Notes under the pieces: model-generated | Databases searched by the model: none | The model's input: the letters and a program-made list of their open reading frames with translations, nothing else | Told to the model about the DNA's origin: nothing | Source: a virus | Taxonomy: Duplodnaviria > Caudoviricetes | Virus record (IMG/VR): IMGVR_UViG_3300028840_002749 | Coordinates: 1-49,460 of that record | Strand: one strand, 5' to 3' | DNA: 49,460 nucleotides | Program-made: the position numbers and the translations under genes | Shown here: piece by piece, positions 44,745 to 49,460 of the stretch | How positions within the stretch are numbered: position 1 is the stretch's first letter | Layout of the letters: the number at the start of each line of letters is the position of its first letter

Positions 44745-44966
44745 ATGTTAGAGAGACACGAGGTAGACAAGATCATAGACGCCGTAAAGGCAGAGGGTAC
44801 TTATAATCCAGATGAGGTTATGTACCTGTTTGAGGAGAGCCTAACTTTTGCTGAGTACGATAAAATCAAAGGCTTTTTATCATGGGTACATGATACCGGC
44901 TCTAATTTTGGATGGGGTAATATCCAGGCGGTTTACAGTCAGTACACGGAGGCTAAAAATGAGTAA
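44745..44966 (+). CDS. Hypothetical protein (73 aa)
   Basis: ATG after AGGAGG; MLERHEVDKII... Confidence 0.7.
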   Translation: MLERHEVDKIIDAVKAEGTYNPDEVMYLFEESLTFAEYDKIKGFLSWVHDTGSNFGWGNIQAVYSQYTEAKNE

Positions 44967-45405
44967 GTATAAATTGATTAAGCTTGAGATCAAAGATAAA
45001 GATAGCTTGATAAAAGCGCTTGGGGATCTGGGCTTTAGTGAAGGGAACGGCGGTTTAGAGGTTGCAAACGGCCATGAAAACAACTTATCTCTTTACGGGT
45101 ACCAGGGCGATAGACGAGCTGAGACGGCTAACATCCGTATACCCAGACACAGGGTAGCTACAGCTGCTAATGATATTGGCTTTGCTTTTGATAAAGAGAC
45201 TGGTAGTTATCGGGCTATAATCTCAGAGTTTGATAGCGGAGACAGAAAAGAAAAACGGGCCGGCAGCCCTAAATGGCAAAACCGGCTTAAGCAGCGTGTA
45301 AGTTATCATACGGTTAGTAAAGCTGCTAAGCGTAAAGGTTACCGGGTAAAAGAGGTAGCCACAAAAGACGGTACGGTACGGCTGCAGCTGCAGAGCTTTA
45401 GATAA
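44959..45405 (+). CDS. DUF1257 (Ycf35-like) protein
   Basis: MSKY...EIKDKDSLIKALGDLGF...YGYQG...NDIGF...Y...GYRV...DGTVRLQL; start after GGAGG. Confidence 0.8.
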   Translation: MSKYKLIKLEIKDKDSLIKALGDLGFSEGNGGLEVANGHENNLSLYGYQGDRRAETANIRIPRHRVATAANDIGFAFDKETGSYRAIISEFDSGDRKEKRAGSPKWQNRLKQRVSYHTVSKAAKRKGYRVKEVATKDGTVRLQLQSFR

Positions 45406-45418
45406 TGGAGGTTTTACA

Positions 45419-45607
45419 ATGAAACACATAATAGATGTAGTAATTACTGATGACGGCCAGATTGAGAGTACGGTAAAAGGCGTGGCCGGGCCTAAGTGTG
45501 GGCAATTGAGCGCCTGGCTAGATAAGCTGGGCAATGTTGAAGTAGACGAGAAAACAAAGGACTACTACAAAAAAGCCAAGCAAAAGATCAGGGCGGGGGG
45601 GAGGTAA
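45419..45607 (+). CDS. DUF2997 protein
   Basis: IDVVITDDGQIESTVKGVAGPKC...LG...KTKDYY. Confidence 0.8.
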   Translation: MKHIIDVVITDDGQIESTVKGVAGPKCGQLSAWLDKLGNVEVDEKTKDYYKKAKQKIRAGGR

Positions 45608-45795
45608 TGAGCTGGATTATAGACGCTGCAAAGGCGATTATAGAGGCTGTGTTTATCCAGTCTGATTTATACGATATTCCAGACGAGACTCCCTTAGAGC
45701 GAGCTACCAGGGGGGATTATGACAGCCAGGCAGCCAGGGCAGCCGAAAACAACAACCAGAATAACGAAAAACCTACAGGTAAACAGGTTCTATAG
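45607..45795 (+). CDS. Hypothetical protein
   Basis: GGAGG RBS, TAATG coupling. Confidence 0.55.
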   Translation: MSWIIDAAKAIIEAVFIQSDLYDIPDETPLERATRGDYDSQAARAAENNNQNNEKPTGKQVL

Positions 45796-45809
45796 GCACA
45801 AAAAAACAT

Positions 45810-45847
45810 AAAAGCGCTTTACCCTCTACGGGTAAGGCGCTTTTTTT
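45810..45847. terminator. Intrinsic terminator ending the early region
   Basis: AAAAGCGCTTTACCC-TCTAC-GGGTAAGGCGCTTTTTTT; followed by TGTTATAAT extended -10. Confidence 0.8.
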
Positions 45848-45886
45848 GTTATAATGATTAAGACCTAGCCAGGGAGAGAAAAGCTT

Positions 45887-46594
45887 TTGAGCGAATCTAG
45901 GTTAAAAAACCGCATTTTAGAAAGCAAAGAAGTACCGGTAAAAGAGCTGGTAGCTAATAGCTCTAACTGGAGGTTACACCCAGTAAGGCAAAAGGCAGCC
46001 ACAAAAGAGGCTATAGGCTACGTTGGCTGGGTTGAGCGGGTGTTAGTAAACATGCGTACAGGTGACGAGTGGCCGGATGACGAGCGGGGCGTAAGTACCC
46101 TGGTAGATGGTCACATGAGACTCGAAATAGCAATAGAGGCCGGTGATGAAACGGTACCGGTAGACTTTGTAGATCTTACGCCGGCTGAGGAGAGCTACGT
46201 ACTTGCTACCCTAGATCCTTTAGGCGCTTTAGCACGTACCGATAATGAGCAACTTTTAGAGCTTACTAGCCGAATAGACCAAAACAGCAAAAGCGTAAGA
46301 GCAGCCCTGAGAGCTGCAGGTATAGAGAGCCGTGATACGTTGCCTATTTTAGAAGGTAACGGCCTGGAGAATGCCACTGGAAGCCGTAGGGATACGGAAT
46401 CGGACAACGGCCAGGGCCAAAAGCCACAGGTACCCAGCCAAAACCCACAAAAGCCATTACAAAAGTATCCCCTGGCTATCGTATTATCTAAGAAAGATCT
46501 TACACTATGGAGAGAGTATAAAGAGCGGGTAGGGATCCAAACGGATACTAACGCTTTTATAGATCTGTTACGAGCTGTGACAGATGACAAATAA
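45887..46594 (+). CDS. ParB/Srx N-terminal-domain protein (phage type)
   Basis: NWRLHP...Q...IGYVGW...LVDGHMRL...VPVDFVDLTPAEE...LATLDPL; TTG start. Confidence 0.8.
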   Translation: MSESRLKNRILESKEVPVKELVANSSNWRLHPVRQKAATKEAIGYVGWVERVLVNMRTGDEWPDDERGVSTLVDGHMRLEIAIEAGDETVPVDFVDLTPAEESYVLATLDPLGALARTDNEQLLELTSRIDQNSKSVRAALRAAGIESRDTLPILEGNGLENATGSRRDTESDNGQGQKPQVPSQNPQKPLQKYPLAIVLSKKDLTLWREYKERVGIQTDTNAFIDLLRAVTDDK

Positions 46595-46618
46595 AAAGTC
46601 AATTAAAGGAGAAAAGCT

Positions 46619-47017
46619 ATGACTTTAGACATTTCAGATACCGTAAGAAACGCTATGCTAGATCAGATTGAGTCTACAATCGGTACTAGCGCCGTACTAA
46701 AGATCAGATCAGGGGCAGCGCCGGGTATTGGTTCAGCTGATTCGGGTACCGTTTTGGCTAATATGACTCTGCCTTCTGATTGGATGGCTGCAGCTGCAAG
46801 TGGCTCTAAAGCCCTGTCTGGCTCCTGGCAAGACGCAAGCGCAGACGCAGACGGTACCGCCGGGCATTTTAGGATCTATGCAAGTGACGGCACCACGCAG
46901 CATATTGAGGGCAGTTGCGGAGACGTAGGTACCGAGGATCTGGTACTAGATAACGCCTCAATATCCACAGGCCAGCAGGTAACTGTCACGGCGTTTACGC
47001 TTACAGCCGGTAACTAG
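46619..47017 (+). CDS. Conserved virion structural protein (head/neck fibre cassette, putative)
   Basis: RNAMLD...LKIRSGAAP...ADADGTAGHFRI...DLVLDNASISTGQQVTVTAFT; AAGGAG RBS. Confidence 0.65.
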   Translation: MTLDISDTVRNAMLDQIESTIGTSAVLKIRSGAAPGIGSADSGTVLANMTLPSDWMAAAASGSKALSGSWQDASADADGTAGHFRIYASDGTTQHIEGSCGDVGTEDLVLDNASISTGQQVTVTAFTLTAGN

Positions 47018-47025
47018 GCCTCGAT

Positions 47026-47334
47026 ATGGGAGTCGTGGTATTTGATTACCCGGCTATACAGGCGCATGTAGAAATAGACTGGAACGATGTAAACCTACGC
47101 CTAGCAGATGTAACCTGGACTATAGGCGCCGTTTGTACGGTTCAGATAGATATTTACCGCCTGAATATTAGCCCAGATCCTGTTACCACTAGGATAATTA
47201 CCGGGCCGGACTCGGATAGCGAGCCGGTTCCCGGTAATCTTAGAATGGAGGAGTACGAGGATCCAGAGTACCCAGAGGAGGGGGTAAGGATTCTCTGGCC
47301 TGATGGGTTGGTATTTAATGTGGCGGTGCTGTAA
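47026..47334 (+). CDS. Hypothetical protein
   Basis: TAATG coupling to the fibre gene. Confidence 0.6.
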   Translation: MGVVVFDYPAIQAHVEIDWNDVNLRLADVTWTIGAVCTVQIDIYRLNISPDPVTTRIITGPDSDSEPVPGNLRMEEYEDPEYPEEGVRILWPDGLVFNVAVL

Positions 47335-49460
47335 TGGCTATCGAGAATAGTTATTTTACTTATCAGTCTGCAACGGATCCAGTTGATCTAACAGTATCTA
47401 TCAGCTCTAACAGTGATAGGATACTTGGTATTAATATTGTGGTACGTGGGGGCGAAACGGTATCATCTGTCACATTAGACCCAAGCGGAAATAACGAATC
47501 CGCTACTCAGCTACAATCATCCTCAGCGAATAATACAAACATATACACCTATTACATAATCAATCCAAGCTCAGGTGCAAGCCAAACGCTAAGAGTTGAT
47601 CTGTCAGGCACGAACGGGCAATGTAGTGTACATGCGCTTGATATGTCAGGCATGGATACTACGAGCATTGACGATGGTTACACGATAGCAACGGCGAGGA
47701 CGAGCAGCCCACAAGCCACATTTACAACCGGTGCAAACGGTTCTCATATTATGGGGCAATTCTTGAGCGAGGCAAACTCAGGAGTTGGCGTTGATACCTG
47801 GACAGGAGTCACAGGTCAGACCACAGCAGACGCTACAGATCGGGGATCTTGGCAATCTGCGAGCGCGTACGCAACTCAGACCAGCTCAGGCTCTATGACG
47901 GTTGATTTTAGGACAACTCAGAGTGATAACTGGATATGTTCGGGCGTTGCGTGGCCTGTTTCTGCTCTGGCAGCCATAGAAGGTACGCTATCTGAGACTT
48001 TAGACGATATTACAGCTGCAGGATCTGGAGACGTAGACGTAGATGGTACCTTATCTGAGACGCTAGATGACGTTACCGGGGCGGGTACCGGGGAAGTAGA
48101 CATAGCCGGCAGCCTGGCTGAGACCCTGGCCGATATAACCGTAGACGGTACCGGTACTGCAAACGTAGTACCCATTTTGGCTAAAACGCTTGCTCATACC
48201 ACTTCTTATACGACATCTGTAACAACGTCATCAATAGATACAACTGGTGCAGACTTTTTATTGATGGCGATTTCAACTTATAATGCCAATCGCACTTTTA
48301 CGCCAAGTGATAGCAAATCGAACACTTGGCAAAGTCTCACGCAATATAGCACAAGCGACAATAACACAGTACAGATTTTTTACTGCTATAACCCAACCGT
48401 AGGTACTGGACATACATTTACTGTTACCGCTGATGATAATACCTATATAACCCTTTTTGCTTATGCTCTAAGCGGAATGGATACTACATCAGGGGTATAT
48501 GATACGGAAAATGGGGCTAGCGATTACGCCACAGGTAATATTACGCCAAGCGAATCCGGCGAGTTAATATTTTCGATCTACAATCAGTATTCAAGTTCTG
48601 GTACACCCAACGTATCATCCCCGTTTATAAGAGAGGACACAGATCCGTTTAGCTCAGGAGAGACTCCGGGCGGTTCTACGGCTTTTGTAAATACATACGA
48701 TAGCACAAATCAAATACAAGCTACATGGAGTAATGTTGGCGATGGCGAGGCCTCATCAATTGCAGCGTTTAAGTTAGCGTCAGATAGTGTTTCTGGCAGC
48801 CTGGCTGAGACGCTAGATGACATTACGGCTGCAGGATCTGGAGACGTTGACGTAGACGGGAGTCTAGCGGAGACGCTAGATGACATTACGGCTGCAGGAT
48901 CTGGAGACGTTGACGTAGACGGGAGTCTAGCGGAGACGCTAGATGACGTTACCGGGGCGGGTACCGGGGAAGTAGACATAGCCGGCAGCCTGGCTGAGAC
49001 GCTAGATGACATTACGGCTACGGGATCTGGAGACGTTGAAGTAGCCGGCAGCCTGGCTGAGACGCTAGATGACATTACGGCTACGGGATCTGGAGACGTT
49101 GAAGTAGCCGGCAGCCTGGCTGAGACGCTAGATGATATAACCGTAGCAGGTACGGGTACTGTAGTCAGTGGTAATACTGGCAGCCTGGCTGAGACCTTAG
49201 ATGATATTACGGCTGCAGGTACCGGGGAAGTAGACATAGCCGGCAGCCTGGCTGAGACGCTAGACGATATTACAGCTGCAGGTACTGGGGAAGTAGACAT
49301 AGCCGGCAGCCTGGCTGAGACGCTAGATGATATTACGGCCTCTGGGGCCGGTAGCGTTGATCTAAGCGCAAGCCTGGCCGAAACCTTAGACGATATTACC
49401 TCTGTAGGATCTGGCAGCGTAGACATAACTGGGAGCCTTGCAGAGACTTTAGGAAATGTA
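47334..49460 (+). CDS. Repeat-containing fibre/adhesin-like protein, N-terminal part (continues at 145..558 on the circle; ~846 aa)
   Basis: Read manually as open from ATG 47334 (MAIENSYFTYQS...) to the window end, in frame with base 1; missed by the ORF track because it runs off the end. Confidence 0.85.
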   Translation, partial: MAIENSYFTYQSATDPVDLTVSISSNSDRILGINIVVRGGETVSSVTLDPSGNNESATQLQSSSANNTNIYTYYIINPSSGASQTLRVDLSGTNGQCSVHALDMSGMDTTSIDDGYTIATARTSSPQATFTTGANGSHIMGQFLSEANSGVGVDTWTGVTGQTTADATDRGSWQSASAYATQTSSGSMTVDFRTTQSDNWICSGVAWPVSALAAIEGTLSETLDDITAAGSGDVDVDGTLSETLDDVTGAGTGEVDIAGSLAETLADITVDGTGTANVVPILAKTLAHTTSYTTSVTTSSIDTTGADFLLMAISTYNANRTFTPSDSKSNTWQSLTQYSTSDNNTVQIFYCYNPTVGTGHTFTVTADDNTYITLFAYALSGMDTTSGVYDTENGASDYATGNITPSESGELIFSIYNQYSSSGTPNVSSPFIREDTDPFSSGETPGGSTAFVNTYDSTNQIQATWSNVGDGEASSIAAFKLASDSVSGSLAETLDDITAAGSGDVDVDGSLAETLDDITAAGSGDVDVDGSLAETLDDVTGAGTGEVDIAGSLAETLDDITATGSGDVEVAGSLAETLDDITATGSGDVEVAGSLAETLDDITVAGTGTVVSGNTGSLAETLDDITAAGTGEVDIAGSLAETLDDITAAGTGEVDIAGSLAETLDDITASGAGSVDLSASLAETLDDITSVGSGSVDITGSLAETLGNV
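48795..49460 (+). repeat. Coding tandem repeat, 63-bp / 21-aa unit (GSLAETLDDITAAGSGDVDVD)
   Basis: ETL motif at 48807, 48870, 48933, 48996, 49059, 49122, 49191, 49254, 49317..., continuing to ~420; three more units at 47994-48160. Confidence 0.9.

Noticed and set aside
48710-49426. Minus-strand 238-aa repeat ORF and other antisense ORFs within long plus-strand genes
   Set aside because: Shadow frames of real plus-strand genes; no RBS or promoter support.
48795-49460. 63-bp repeats as a CRISPR array
   Set aside because: Contiguous, in-frame coding repeats without unique spacers; no cas genes recognised.
49317-49460. 144-bp end repeat as a biological terminal repeat
   Set aside because: It falls mid-gene inside a repeat array, so it is most simply an assembler circularisation overlap.
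1-49460. Integrase/lysogeny module or stop-codon reassignment
   Set aside because: No tyrosine/serine recombinase motifs recognised; genes are full length and densely packed under the standard code, with TAA, TAG and TGA all used as stops.

Overview
The window is an apparently complete, circularly permuted genome (~49,316 bp) of a siphovirus-like tailed phage; bases 1-144 equal bases 49317-49460. It carries terminase, portal, MuF, scaffold, capsid, head-tail, tail tube, frameshifted tail chaperones, tape measure, tail tip/fibre, lysis, DnaD/DnaC-type replication, VRR-NUC and an ECF-like sigma factor. I recognised no integrase, CI-type repressor, DNA polymerase, tRNA or CRISPR. Weak protein-motif hints suggest a Chloroflexota (Anaerolineae-like) host (inference only). 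The most striking element lies just upstream of the terminase: an SPL-like radical SAM gene coupled to three otherwise unrelated proteins (a HipA/PI3K-like kinase, a small unknown protein and a VIP2/Alt-like ADP-ribosyltransferase). All three begin with the same ~24-aa leader, MAS(S/A)GGHW(V/M)K-x9-10-(V/I)FVP, suggesting a leader-directed effector modification/packaging system. Other highlights are nine copies of a fixed-spacing promoter-like motif TTTGCTTAA-N15-GTATTGTCTA, three structured intergenic ncRNA candidates, a co-regulated AAA/DUF1257/DUF2997/DUF3150-like/NrdG-like module, and a repeat-scaffolded fibre gene spanning the contig junction. All family assignments come from motif recognition by eye, not database searches.
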